Shown here one piece after another: positions 53,530-64,000 of a stretch of DNA of 64,000 bases; position 1 is the stretch's first letter, and the number at the start of each line of letters is the position of its first letter. Source of the stretch: Eledone cirrhosa (lineage: Eukaryota); the NCBI GenBank assembly GCA_964016885.1, contig OZ024746.1:3224001-3288000 (forward strand), in the 5' to 3' direction. The position numbers and the translations under genes are program-made. Below the pieces are notes generated by a model. That model saw nothing but the letters and a program-made list of their open reading frames with translations. It did not search any database and was not told the DNA's origin.

Positions 53530-53685
53530 GATATTTATTATGGTTTCTATCTACTGTATTCCCTCACAAGACATTTGTTGGATCGAGGCTAAAGCTGAAG
53601 ACACCTAAGGTGCTATGCATTGGAAATGAACTTGAAACCATGTGGTTCTGAAGCAAACTTTTTAACCACACAGCCATGCCTGCAT
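53530..53685 (-). mobile_element. tRNA-derived SINE family D (degenerate + copies ~16200-16360 and 30830-30900)
   Basis: Minus strand gcaggcatggctgtgtggttaaaaagtttgct...ggtttcaagttcatttcc...caccttaggtgtcttc. Confidence 0.6.
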
Positions 53686-54127
53686 CATATGTATTTATTT
53701 ATGTGTGTGTGTGTGAGTTAATTGATACACGTGTCTTCATATCAATGCTGTTTAAAGCAAGTGATGACATTTGTTTATATCCCACACAAAACAATGCCCT
53801 GCTGCATAATAGTTTGATGAAGGTTAGTTGTGTTTACCATACTTAAACCTTTCATTATTATATTTCTTATGAAAGTCACTGCTTAATAATTTTGAAAATA
53901 ATCAAGAATTTAGAGGGATTTAGTAATATAACTTTATTTTTAAGCTGGTGTTTGGAGCCTAATTTAACAAATTGTTTTCATATAAAATTATGCTGGAAGG
54001 TTTTTAGATAAATATAAACATTGTGAAATATACAGTTTGGTATAAGAAGAGTTAAAAATAGGTGACAGGAGGAAAAGCTACTTCAAAATGTTTCATCCAA
54101 CCCCTGGAAATTGTAAAAACAATGACT

Positions 54128-54585
54128 ATATATATAAGAAAACCGATGAAGTTTCATTTACATATATTTGTTTTTATTGTGTATCGATTTGTTACATGCG
54201 TTTAGCAGAAGATTGGCTCAAAGTCACCCTTGGAAGTTACAGACTCGACTCCAGCATTTGTTCATCAGAATGTTGACTTAAAAAATATAAAGTGTTTGTG
54301 GTGATTGGTGAAATGTTGGGTATACACAAGTAGGCTTATCTACATAACCAAACACTTACATACACACCTAGCCAAAGAAATAGGGCCATTGTTTATATAT
54401 ACCCAATGTTTCACCGGTTACGTGAAACATTATATTTTTTGTTGAGTCACCAGTCTGACAAGCAGATCAATAATGGGGTTGGATTGATAACTTCCATGGG
54501 TGACTTTGAACTGCTCATCTGAAACATACATAACAGGTTGATACACAATAAAAACAAAATGAAACTTTGTTTTTCTTATTATATA
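54128..54585. repeat. old, diverged inverted repeat with ~200-bp arms between short (TA)n
   Basis: tttgtttttattgtgtatc/gatacacaataaaaacaaa, caaagtcacccttggaagtta/taacttccatgggtgactttg and ggtgaaatgttgggtata/tatacccaatgtttcacc pairings. Confidence 0.85.
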
Positions 54586-54807
54586 CACTCTGCCTGTCCA
54601 TCAAGTGGTCAGACTTGTACCATCACTAGTAATTCACTGAATCACATACACTATATATATGTACAAAATACTATATGTTTCTCTCTCATGTACATATCAT
54701 TTAATTTGAATTATTGATGCTCTGGGCCAACATCCATTGAAATTTTCTATTGAGAAACATAACCATCATACATATTATATTATATATGGTATGATACCTT
54801 AACATAG

Positions 54808-54838
<31 letters not shown>

Positions 54839-54988
54839 ATTGTTTTACACCCATTTTAAAAGAAAATGAAATATATCTTTTTTTTTATCAACCTTGGGTC
54901 ATCCCAGTTTGATTTATGGATAATATCCTACTAGAAAAAGAAATCCTTTGCATTTTAATTAAATCTGTCTCATTTTGAGGTACATATA

Positions 54989-55034
<46 letters not shown>

Positions 55035-55529
55035 TGGTGGTTAGCTGGTTACTTTCATAGGCATATATATATCTTCAGTAGAATTACATTTATTATACTC
55101 TTCCTCCCACCTTCACTCTTTAATCAATGTCTTTGACGCTTTGTACTTTATCAACTTACTTTGAACATATATCCTACTATTTATGTGGTTTGCTTCAAAA
55201 TAGATATAAGCAACAAGGTCTATTTATTATCAGAAGAAAAATCACACTGAAATGACTAGATTTATCATTGTTAGGTAAAAATAATTGTTTTTTTGTATGA
55301 AAAATGTTAATATGGGTTCAAATCTGAAGTATGAGTTACTATCCAACATACCAACTTATATATTTAATTAAATTCTTTGCCATTATACAATTCGGTGCTC
55401 AAGTACTTTTATATCTATTTCAAAGTTTATTTCTTTAGCATGAATCTTTCAGAATTATTTCCTTTGATCATTCCTTCTTGTTCCCTTTTAGATTTTGTTC
55501 AATGCTTTGCTAAGTCAGCTATATTCTTC

Positions 55530-55855
55530 CCTTTACGATCTGAGTTCAAATCCCGCCGAGGTTAACTTTGCCTTTCATCCTTACGGGGTCGATAAAATAA
55601 AGTACCAGTAATGCACTGGGTAATTGCTGGCCTTGTGCCAAAAGTAGAAACAATTATTATGGTGGATTGGCAGTATTGGTAGAGGGTCGAACGCCATGCT
55701 TTGACGTATAGAGTTACGGCCCTTGCCATTCTGAGTTCAAATCCCGCCGAGGTTAACTTTGCCTTTCATCCTTACGGGATCGATAAAATAAAGTACCAGT
55801 AATGTACTGGGTAATTGCTGGCCATGTGCCAAAAGTAGAAACAATTATTATTATG
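55530..55855 (+). mobile_element. tandem dimer of SINE family A
   Basis: 5'-truncated copy followed directly, at its (ATT) tail, by a full copy starting at 55661. Confidence 0.88.
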
Positions 55856-56714
55856 GCTATTATTAGTATTGTTGTAGTGTGGTGATGGTAAGTTAGGAAC
55901 TAAATGCATTTCAGCATTCTGTTCCTAGCTTCTGTGTTCTGATTTAAAATGGGTGACTGTTTTTGTTTCATAGAACCAGAAGCAGTTTTGGACAGGTCGG
56001 TATAAAAAAGCTTAAACCAGATGATGGATTAAGCTTACCACATAGAGTGTGATGGACCTGTTTAAGTTATAAACACAGTTCTGTGTTAGGGATGGAGTAC
56101 AAATTCAATAAGTTGTTATCTTATATATAAAACTGATGTTAAAGAAAAACAACTCCAGTTTTATTTTCAGATAAAAAAATGTAATTTTTGGATAGATTCA
56201 CTCGTCAAATATCTTTTAATTCTCTTCGGTGGTGGACAATTGTGAGATATCTGTATATGTACAAAATAGAAGTAATTGAGACTGCATAAATATGTATATA
56301 AATTTACACACTTTTTAGTATATAGACATGTCAAATATGTATCTCCCTCTAAATTGAAAAAAATTATAAATACCTTTAATCAGTTTTCAAGCCTAACCCT
56401 TCAGTTACCAACCCAGCCAAACTTGGCTCTCGTTCTATGAAATAAATCCATCCATTTTAAAGATTTCCAATTTAAATTAAAATCTTCCAACAATTTTATA
56501 TAAGAACCTTACATTAAGTTACTATCTTAGTAATGAAATAATTAATCATTTTAGTAAATCCCTCAAAATTCTTCATTAATTAATTAAAATAGAGTGTATT
56601 TCATTAGAAATATGATTATGTGGACTTTCATCAAAAGGCATGACTGGAAGTATAGACTACAATGTTTCATGTTTTTAAGCTTATTTAAACAACTTAGTTT
56701 GAATATTTATCTAT

Positions 56715-57917
56715 CTAAGGCGGGTAAAATTCCCGAGATCCATGGACGAGTTCTCTCCAGCGGTCTCTGTCCCTCATTATCGCTGCCATGTCCTGCATCT
56801 CCAACAGACCAGTGTCTGTCCTTAGGGCATCAACATACGTTAACCTTGGTCTTCCTCTTCTAGTGTGTCCATGTAGGGGCTCCCAAAGGAGCACTGAGTG
56901 CAATGTCAACTCTGGATGTCGGTGAGCATGTCCAGCCAACCTCAGTCTCCTCTGTGTCACTTTTGAGCTGACTTTTGGGATGCTCCCATACAGCTCTGAG
57001 TTTTTCATCCTCAGTGTATACTGATTAATGTTCAGAGCCATCCTCAGCATTCTCGTGTAGCACCCATCCACCATCTGAGTGAGTTTCTTGGTCAGTGTCC
57101 AAGTCTCAGACCCATACAGCAGCACAGACTCCACTACAGCAATGAAGAGGCGGATTTTCAGGTCTCTACGAAGGTCCGACTTCCACACCGATCTCAAGCT
57201 GTGGCACGCCGCCCAGGCCTTGCTCTTCCTCTCAACCACATCATCTTCCGTATTCCCAATCCTTGCTCCCAAATACAGGAAGTCCTCAACCAATTCCAGC
57301 GGCTTCCCGCCTACATTAGTGATCCCCTCTGGCTTCTCAACATTCTCTACCAGATATTTTGTTTTAGTCTCATTCATTCTCAGCCCCACACTCATCGACA
57401 CAGTCTCAACCTCCCGCATCAAATCCTCTGCCTCCTTCACTGTATTTGTCACCAAAACTATGTCGTCGGCAAATTCAGCATCCGATAACTTCTTCGCCCT
57501 AACTCTCCTGCTCTGAGCCGGTGCTACAGTAAAGCCAGAGTCCTGGTGTTTCTCCAGTGCAAGGCGCATACAATAGTCCACTACGATGACAGAAAGATAG
57601 GGAGCCAATGTATCTCCCTGGAGCACTCCAGCCAGTATCTCAAAGAACTCTGTCATCCCATCAGGTGTAATGACTTGGGCTTTGGTGTTGGTGTAGAGCA
57701 GTGATATCAGGTCCACTATCTTCTTGGGGATTCCATAAGCCTGTAAGATCTTCATCAGGTAGTAACGGTCCACAGAATCAAAGGCCTTCCTAAAGTCAAT
57801 GAAAACCATGACCGCAGGAAGGCACTTTGCTCTAGCTCCCTCTAATATCCTCCTCAGCATCAGGATGTGACTGGTGGTTGATCTACCCTCTCTGAAGCCG
57901 TTCTGGTTGTCCCTCAC
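56715..57917 (-). CDS. RTE LINE protein, reverse transcriptase part
   Basis: 400-aa ORF with QNGFR.GRST, FIDFRKAFDSV, GVLQGDTLAP, FADD, FLYLG, LLYGSETW, RRLRLAGH and RGRPR. Confidence 0.93.
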   Translation of the reverse strand: MRDNQNGFREGRSTTSHILMLRRILEGARAKCLPAVMVFIDFRKAFDSVDRYYLMKILQAYGIPKKIVDLISLLYTNTKAQVITPDGMTEFFEILAGVLQGDTLAPYLSVIVVDYCMRLALEKHQDSGFTVAPAQSRRVRAKKLSDAEFADDIVLVTNTVKEAEDLMREVETVSMSVGLRMNETKTKYLVENVEKPEGITNVGGKPLELVEDFLYLGARIGNTEDDVVERKSKAWAACHSLRSVWKSDLRRDLKIRLFIAVVESVLLYGSETWTLTKKLTQMVDGCYTRMLRMALNINQYTLRMKNSELYGSIPKVSSKVTQRRLRLAGHAHRHPELTLHSVLLWEPLHGHTRRGRPRLTYVDALRTDTGLLEMQDMAAIMRDRDRWRELVHGSREFYPP

Positions 57918-59758
57918 GTCAGTGAGATCCCCCGGTAGTTGTTGGTGTTAGAGAGATCTACCTTCTTTGGCACTGGGACGATGTTACTGATCCTCCACTG
58001 ATTCGGGGCAACTCCTTTCTCTAGTGCCCCGTTACAGAACCCCAGGATGATATCATCAAAATCACACCTCTTCATCACCTCTGATGCCACTCCATCTTCT
58101 CCATGAGCCTTGCCCTCCTTGATCCTCTTCTTGGCTCTCTGAAGCTCCTCTCTGGTGAAGGGCTCTGTCTCAACATCCAGTTCCTCAAACAGCCGCCTGA
58201 TCTCCCCAGTGCTCTGGGCTGTGGAGGGTGGCTCTCCTAGTAGGGTCCTAAAATGGTCTAGCCATTTCCTCTTCCTATCCTCGGGCCCCATTCCCTGGAT
58301 CTGACTCGAACACCTTCTCTTCCTCCCTGTGATCTCGTTGATGATCATCCAGCTCTCCTTACATCCAGATCTGTCAGCCGCTCTCTCCACACTTCTGATC
58401 TTCTCTATCAGTGCCTCCTCTCTGACCTCAGTGTAAGCGGTACAGAGCTCTTCCCTCATCACCTCCACAGTCTCCATCCTCTCCTCCGTAGGATCAGCAT
58501 AGAATTGGTCCCTGGCAGCTTTCAGGTGTTCTCTGGCTGCACACACTTTTGGGTTTGCAGAGCTGACGTGCTTCCCTTTATTCTTTTTCCTCGGCACCAG
58601 GGCTTCACTTGCTTCCGCCACTGCATTGGTAAAGTGCCCGTACCTCCTCATCACACTCTCCTCTGACTCTCCACACAGAGCACTAAACCTGTTTCTCACT
58701 TCCACTGTGAACCTCTCCTGTAGCTTATCATCTTCCTTGAAAGCATCCCATTCATAGATTGTTCTCCAGGGCTGAGCCTTGCTCTTTCTTAAGTTCACCT
58801 GGACCTCACTCATAACAAGCCGGTGGTCACTACCCAGTGTACTGAAATAGCTGTATGGTTCCGTGTTCAGAACACTATTCCGCCACTTTTTCCTCACCAG
58901 AATGAAATCAATCTGGGACTTGGACAGGTGCATATCTGAGATGTAGGTCCACATCTTCCCCAGATTCTTCCTAAACCTTAGGTTGGTCGCCATCAAGTTC
59001 GCCTCCAGCAGGGTGTCTCTCAGTAGTCTTCCATTTCGGTTGGTGTTGTTATGGAAGTACCAGCAAGGATTTTCACTGCCCTCCTTACTCAGGTGTGCAT
59101 TGAAGTCCCCCAAAACAAGCAGGATATTGTGTGCCTGAGTGGTGTTGACAGCTCTACACACCTCCTCATGGGACTCTTCTGCATTCACATCTCTGTCCCC
59201 CTCGGTTGGACTATAGGCTGAGATGACTGTCAGTCTTGGGTTTCCATTGAAGGTCACCCTCAACACTCGCGGGGAGATAGGCATTATTTCCCTCACCAAC
59301 AGATTGGTTTTTGCACTGAACACAAAACCCACTCCTCCCACTGCAGCATTTGTTGTGTTCTTCACTGCCGATGTAGTGATGAGCTGGCTCTTCTTCCCAA
59401 TCATGACACTCCTCACAGGCTCATCGTGTAGAATCCTGTGTTCTTGGATCGCAAGTATCTGTATACCACTCTCCTCGAACAGATGTCCCAACTCCTCTCT
59501 CTTCTCCAGCGTCCGAATAGTCCTCACATTCAAAGTGCCCATTTTGATGGCTCTTCTGCAGGACAAAACTGCATTCTTTATATTTGTCTCAGAGACAGCT
59601 GATCCATCATCCACTGGCCCTCTCTGTGGCTCTAAGCCAGCAGAGTCATAACGACCAGGCTGCTCCTTGACAGTGTAATTAGGGGCTCTAACCCTAGTGC
59701 TGTTAGATCGACTCTCCATATTTCTTTTCAATGGCTGACAATACCTTATTGGCGCCAC
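57914..59758 (-). CDS. RTE LINE protein, N-terminal part (APE endonuclease and start of RT)
   Basis: 614-aa ORF with GTLNVRT, LAIQEHR, SAYSPT, LGDFNAH, SQIDFIL, LGSDHRL, then IVPVPKKxDLS..NYRGISL. Confidence 0.93.
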   Translation of the reverse strand: MAPIRYCQPLKRNMESRSNSTRVRAPNYTVKEQPGRYDSAGLEPQRGPVDDGSAVSETNIKNAVLSCRRAIKMGTLNVRTIRTLEKREELGHLFEESGIQILAIQEHRILHDEPVRSVMIGKKSQLITTSAVKNTTNAAVGGVGFVFSAKTNLLVREIMPISPRVLRVTFNGNPRLTVISAYSPTEGDRDVNAEESHEEVCRAVNTTQAHNILLVLGDFNAHLSKEGSENPCWYFHNNTNRNGRLLRDTLLEANLMATNLRFRKNLGKMWTYISDMHLSKSQIDFILVRKKWRNSVLNTEPYSYFSTLGSDHRLVMSEVQVNLRKSKAQPWRTIYEWDAFKEDDKLQERFTVEVRNRFSALCGESEESVMRRYGHFTNAVAEASEALVPRKKNKGKHVSSANPKVCAAREHLKAARDQFYADPTEERMETVEVMREELCTAYTEVREEALIEKIRSVERAADRSGCKESWMIINEITGRKRRCSSQIQGMGPEDRKRKWLDHFRTLLGEPPSTAQSTGEIRRLFEELDVETEPFTREELQRAKKRIKEGKAHGEDGVASEVMKRCDFDDIILGFCNGALEKGVAPNQWRISNIVPVPKKVDLSNTNNYRGISLT

Positions 59759-60805
59759 TCGAATAATGTAGTTATTTAACCCATAAATGGAGCCCTAACA
59801 GGTACTACCACCCTGGGCCAGGGTAGACCTGGGAGTCATGACAACTAAGGGGTAACTCCACATTCCCCACATCTCCTGAACTCCCGAACTGGAGCCTTGC
59901 CACTGGATGTAGTTTAATGTCATACCCAGGACATAGTTTGAATATGTATTTTCTTTAAACCTAGTTCTCCTCAGTAATTGATGAGATTTATATTCTTTTG
60001 ATTAAATATACATCTTTAATTATAAGATGTATGGAGTTACTGTGTTTTTGTTGTCACCTTATCTGGTCATTTCTTTGTAGAATGCTTTGGTTGGGGTTTT
60101 TCAGAAACATTTATCTTAATTCTGGTTTTATATTAATAAAACATCAGGGTTTTCAGTGCAATTCTTTACTGATATATATATGTGTGTGTGTGTGGTAGAT
60201 TTATATTTCCAACTGTTCATAATTTAGTTTAGAAATTAAGAAATGATTTCTTGTTTTGAATGATTTATTTGAAACCTTTATTAGAAATAACCTCTTTACT
60301 TTGAGGCCTCACTGAGTAATTTGTTGCAGATTTAATAAAACTGTTAGCTTTCTGGTTGCTAATCTGAAGATGTGGGTGTTGGTTGGTGGCATTATACTGT
60401 AGTAGTAGCACTGACAGTTGTTGGCTGCTTATAATAGTGGTTGTGGTGGTAATAGTGGTATTGGTTGTAGTGGTGGCAATATTAGTATTAGTAGTAGTAG
60501 TGGTGGTATTGTGGTGTGGAGTTTGGAATTACAAAATGTCAGTCTTCTTTTTTATTAATTTTGCTGTGATTTATTGTTATTAGGCTTAGTGTGGTGTCAA
60601 TGGTGATGGAGGGGTTACTGTAGGGGTGAGGCAAAAGAATGGGGAGGTTACTGTAGAGGTAATGGAATGGTGAAGGATAGGTGTAAAAATTCAATGTCAG
60701 CTGAGTTTCATATAATCAGCCTGTCAATCATTTAGTATTTCTTCTGTTTTTTATCTCAGTATGTTTCTGTTTCTTTGAAAACATCTTTGAATAGATAACA
60801 CTATA

Positions 60806-60865
<60 letters not shown>

Positions 60866-60903
60866 GGCTCCTAAAATTCCATGTGACTGTTGGTGTATTT
60901 CCT

Positions 60904-61186
60904 TTAACCCTTTCATAACACCATTTCTAATGAAATACACTTTATTTTGAGGGATTTACTAAAATTATTAATTATTTCATTACTAAGATAGTAACTTAAT
61001 GTAAGGTTTTTATATAAATTTATGTTGGAAGATTTTAATTTAAATTGGAAACCTTTGAAATGGGTGACTTTATTTCATAGAACCAGAGCTGGTTTTGGCT
61101 GGGTTGGTAGCTAAAGGGTTAAGAAAGGTAGTTTTATTTCATAGAACCAGAGCTGGTTTTGACCGGGTTAGTAACTAAAGGATTAA
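60904..61186 (-). mobile_element. piggyBac-type MITE family 2 plus tandem duplication of its end
   Basis: TTAA-CCCTTTC 60904 to AAAGGG-TTAA 61122; the terminal ~55 bp repeats at ~61130-61186. Confidence 0.8.
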
Positions 61187-61621
61187 GAAGAGTTCCCTTC
61201 ATGGAAATAGTATCCTAATGAATACATACACCCATTTTGAATGAATTGAGAATTTGGAGGGATTTACTAAAATAATTATTACAGTGTTACTTATATTATA
61301 ATTTAACAAATATTTCTTATATCAAATTATATTGGAACCCTTTAAAATGGGTTTGTTTTTTATAGAACCAGGGACAGTTATGGGCAGGTTGTTTTATCAA
61401 AGGAGTTAATATATTATAACACATTTGTGTGTTTACATACGCATATATATTTATTTGATGGTAATATTCTCTGATATTTATACAAACGTGCACTACATCT
61501 ATCATCATTGTTTTTTACGTCTGATCTTCCACACTTACATGAATTGGACAACTCAAACGCCTCTTAAACCCAGCTTCTCCCTCAACTCATCTAAGCTCTG
61601 CCTCCCTGAGATAATTTAAAC

Positions 61622-62345
61622 CTACCATATATATGTGAATATAAGCCGAGAAATACAAGACACAAAATTTACTGGCAAAATGGGTGGTTGGCTTATATTT
61701 GAGGTCAATATTATGCCACATAAATAAGATACTAAAATATCTGGAGTGATTATTTTACAATGAAACAGTTTTTTCTACATTTACATTGGTGTTGGTGTTA
61801 TTTATGCATTCTCTTGAAAATATTCCCAACTAATGTTTATAATGTGAACTTTTTAATACATAAATATCCCATACACATGTGCACACACACTCAAATTCGT
61901 GCTGTTTTTTTCTCTGTCTTAATATTTTTTTCTTTCAATCTTATGAAAAATTGAAATCTTACTTCTGACATGTGTTTTATTGCTCTTACTTTCTCTCTTC
62001 TTTCTCATTTTACCTCTCCTCTCACTTGCTGTCTCTCCTTCCTTCTATTCTATCAATCCCTATACAGTTTTTTTTATTCGATCACTTCCTTTCAACTACT
62101 CTCAGCATATGATTGGACAGAAGTAAACAAAATTCAAGAAACTTGTTGAAACTGTAAAAACAAATGAAATGATAAAAAATCATTATGTAATGGAGTTGTG
62201 AAATAAAAAATTATATTGTAAACGATACTTAACACATTTTAAACATCAAAATATATTTTATACTCATGAGAATTTCAAAACCTTGCCATCTAAACATAAT
62301 GTGTTGATTAGCTTATAAACGGGGTTGGATTTTTGCCAATTTCTC
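61622..62345. mobile_element. possible decayed pogo/Tc1-mariner-like non-autonomous element
   Basis: TACC..TATAAGCCGAG and GGCTTATA subterminal motifs at the left end and a GCTTATA near 62310. Right end unclear. Confidence 0.3.
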
Positions 62346-62386
62346 AGACATAAAATGTCTGTTTTTACTTTACATTTACTAAAACC

Positions 62387-63050
62387 CTAACTACAGTTGA
62401 AGAAAGACATCATTACCAAGAATGTGTTCAAATGAAATCTAAAAAAAAAAAGTGGTCTTTGGATAGCTGCATATGACATGGATGACATCTTCGATGTTAA
62501 TTCTGGTTCTATGAAACCCAGTTTCTCAAGATGTGTACTGAGGCAGTTAATAACATATCTCAGTGCCCCAATAATCACAGGTATAAATCTGAAGGTATAG
62601 TCAAGGTGAATTATATGCAGATTCCTCATTAGTTCTGCATAGATGTTCTCCTTTTTGCTAATCTTTTATATAATATTGGCATCTGCTGGGCAGTTGACTT
62701 CCACTACTGTGCATGCCTTCTTTTCCCTGTCCTTGTCCAGATATGTCACTGTTGTTGTGGAAATTTCCAGTGTTGTGTAGGAGTTTTGGAGTTTTAACAC
62801 CAATAGCTCGGCTTTCATCTATCATCCAATCAAGTATTCCAAATGTTAGTGTTAGGACCGGCACAGCAAACCATTTTGGTGTGCACAGAGATTTCAGATG
62901 ACCATATTTTTCTTAATCGGGTGTAATATTCCCTGGTGGCGCATTCTTTGTTACAAATACCTTTATAGGATATATTCTCAACTATCCCTTGGTATCTGTA
63001 GCAGTCCTCATCAGATATCAGTGAAACAGTTAGGCCTTTGACAAAAATGT
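62387..63050 (-). mobile_element. decayed R4/Dong-like LINE (RT C-terminus and restriction-like endonuclease tail)
   Basis: FAVPVLTLTFGILDW...VKTPKLL..GNFH.NSD and RFIPVIIGAL motifs. Confidence 0.65.
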
Positions 63051-63130
63051 TGCTAGATTAGCTTTGTATGTATGTAAGTATATATATATATGTGTGTGTG
63101 AGTATATATGTATATATACATATATACAAC

Positions 63131-63512
63131 AAAACTTCAACAGTCACTCTTAATCCAGTATGACTTGGTGGGATGTACCATACGTTTGTTAAGGGTTTTA
63201 GGAACCCATACAATTGAGAGCAGACACTTGACACCCTGAAAACCCTCTCCTCCATGATCGAAACCTCCAGTATGACTGCTGAAAGGAAAGAGGATTGAAC
63301 TAGTACTTTCTTTACTAACACCACCACCAAAAGAAAGTACTAGTTCAATCCTCTTTCCTTTCAGCAGTCATACTGGAGGTTTCGATCATGGAGGAGAGGG
63401 TTTTCAGGGTGTCAAGTGTCTGCTCTCAATTGTATGGGTTCCTAAAACCCTTAACAAATGTATGGTACATCCCACCAAGTCATACTGGATTAAGAGTGAC
63501 TGTTGAAGTTTT
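63131..63512. repeat. near-perfect palindrome, 183-bp arms, 16-nt loop
   Basis: 63131-63313 is the reverse complement of 63330-63512 with one mismatch seen; flanked by TA/TACA microsatellites. Confidence 0.97.
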
Positions 63513-64000
63513 TTTGTATGTATGTATGTATGTATGTATATATATATACATACATACATACATACATACATACATACATACATACATACATACATACATA
63601 CATACATACACTCCACATTGTAAATGTGGTTGATGTTAGGAAGGGCATCCAGCTGTAAAAATCCCAGTTCCGTTTGAGTAAGGTTCAGCACGGCCAACTG
63701 ACCAGACTTGTATCATAACATTGACAACCTGTCTAACTCATACAAGCATGGAAAAAATAAACATTAAATGGAGATGATGATGTTGATGATATATATACAT
63801 ATGGAGTGTCTGCAGTGTGAAAACTGGGTTGACCAAAAATCAGAGTAGTACTCAATGCATGGTGGGGTGCAGAGTGAGAATATTTATGAGGTAGATTATT
63901 TTGTGTATCTCTGTATATATCTGTTAGTTTGATTGCAATTAATGCAGGCGTAAACTGTGTGGAGCACTCAATGCAATGATGCAGTGTTTTGAAGATGTGG

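Larger units (their letters stand above)
56707..59933 (-). mobile_element. near full-length RTE-clade LINE with 12-bp target-site duplication
   Basis: TAGTTTGAATAT at 56695-56706 and 59934-59945. About 175-nt 5' UTR, single APE+RT reading frame split once, and a very short tail (tagatagataa) at the stop codon. GC-rich relative to the host. Confidence 0.95.

Noticed and set aside
57079-59651. Plus-strand ORFs of 95-145 aa
   Set aside because: Antisense shadows of the RTE LINE coding sequence.
62960-63030. Minus-strand CTGATGA-GGA...TCC
   Set aside because: No GAAA after the putative stem II, and it lies within a decayed LINE coding remnant.
63058-63633. Two ORFs on opposite strands with identical peptide MEERVFRVSS...
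   Set aside because: A consequence of the DNA palindrome; no recognisable domain, and both run into microsatellite.

Overview
AT-rich, microsatellite- and retroelement-rich eukaryotic genomic DNA; the repeat content suggests a cephalopod such as Octopus (inference, not verified). The + strand carries the middle of one large multi-exon gene, a p190 RhoGAP (ARHGAP35/ARHGAP5-like). Ten GT-AG exons from 403 to 22879 join in frame and encode the last FF domains, pseudoGTPase domains pG1 and pG2, and a Pro/Ser-rich linker. Four further candidate exons follow (26865-36362), three of them frame-preserving cassettes or microexons. Neither the N-terminal GTPase nor the RhoGAP domain is visible in the window. 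The introns hold tRNA-derived SINEs, TTAA/CCCTTT piggyBac MITEs, a deleted piggyBac, RTE/CR1/R4/HERO-like LINE remnants and one young, nearly full-length RTE LINE with a 12-bp TSD (56707-59933, - strand). The most striking non-coding signal is a set of Penelope-like (GIY-YIG) element ends carrying minimal type I hammerhead ribozymes (about 19.6, 40.5, 44.9 and 53.2 kb in the gene's sense orientation, plus a core-mutated antisense copy at 42.0 kb). Alongside them is a graded series of fold-back inverted repeats (arms 34 to ~700 bp) lying in or next to (TA)n tracts; two of these would pair with and lock their own ribozyme. All coordinates were read by eye and no database searches or folding programs were run.
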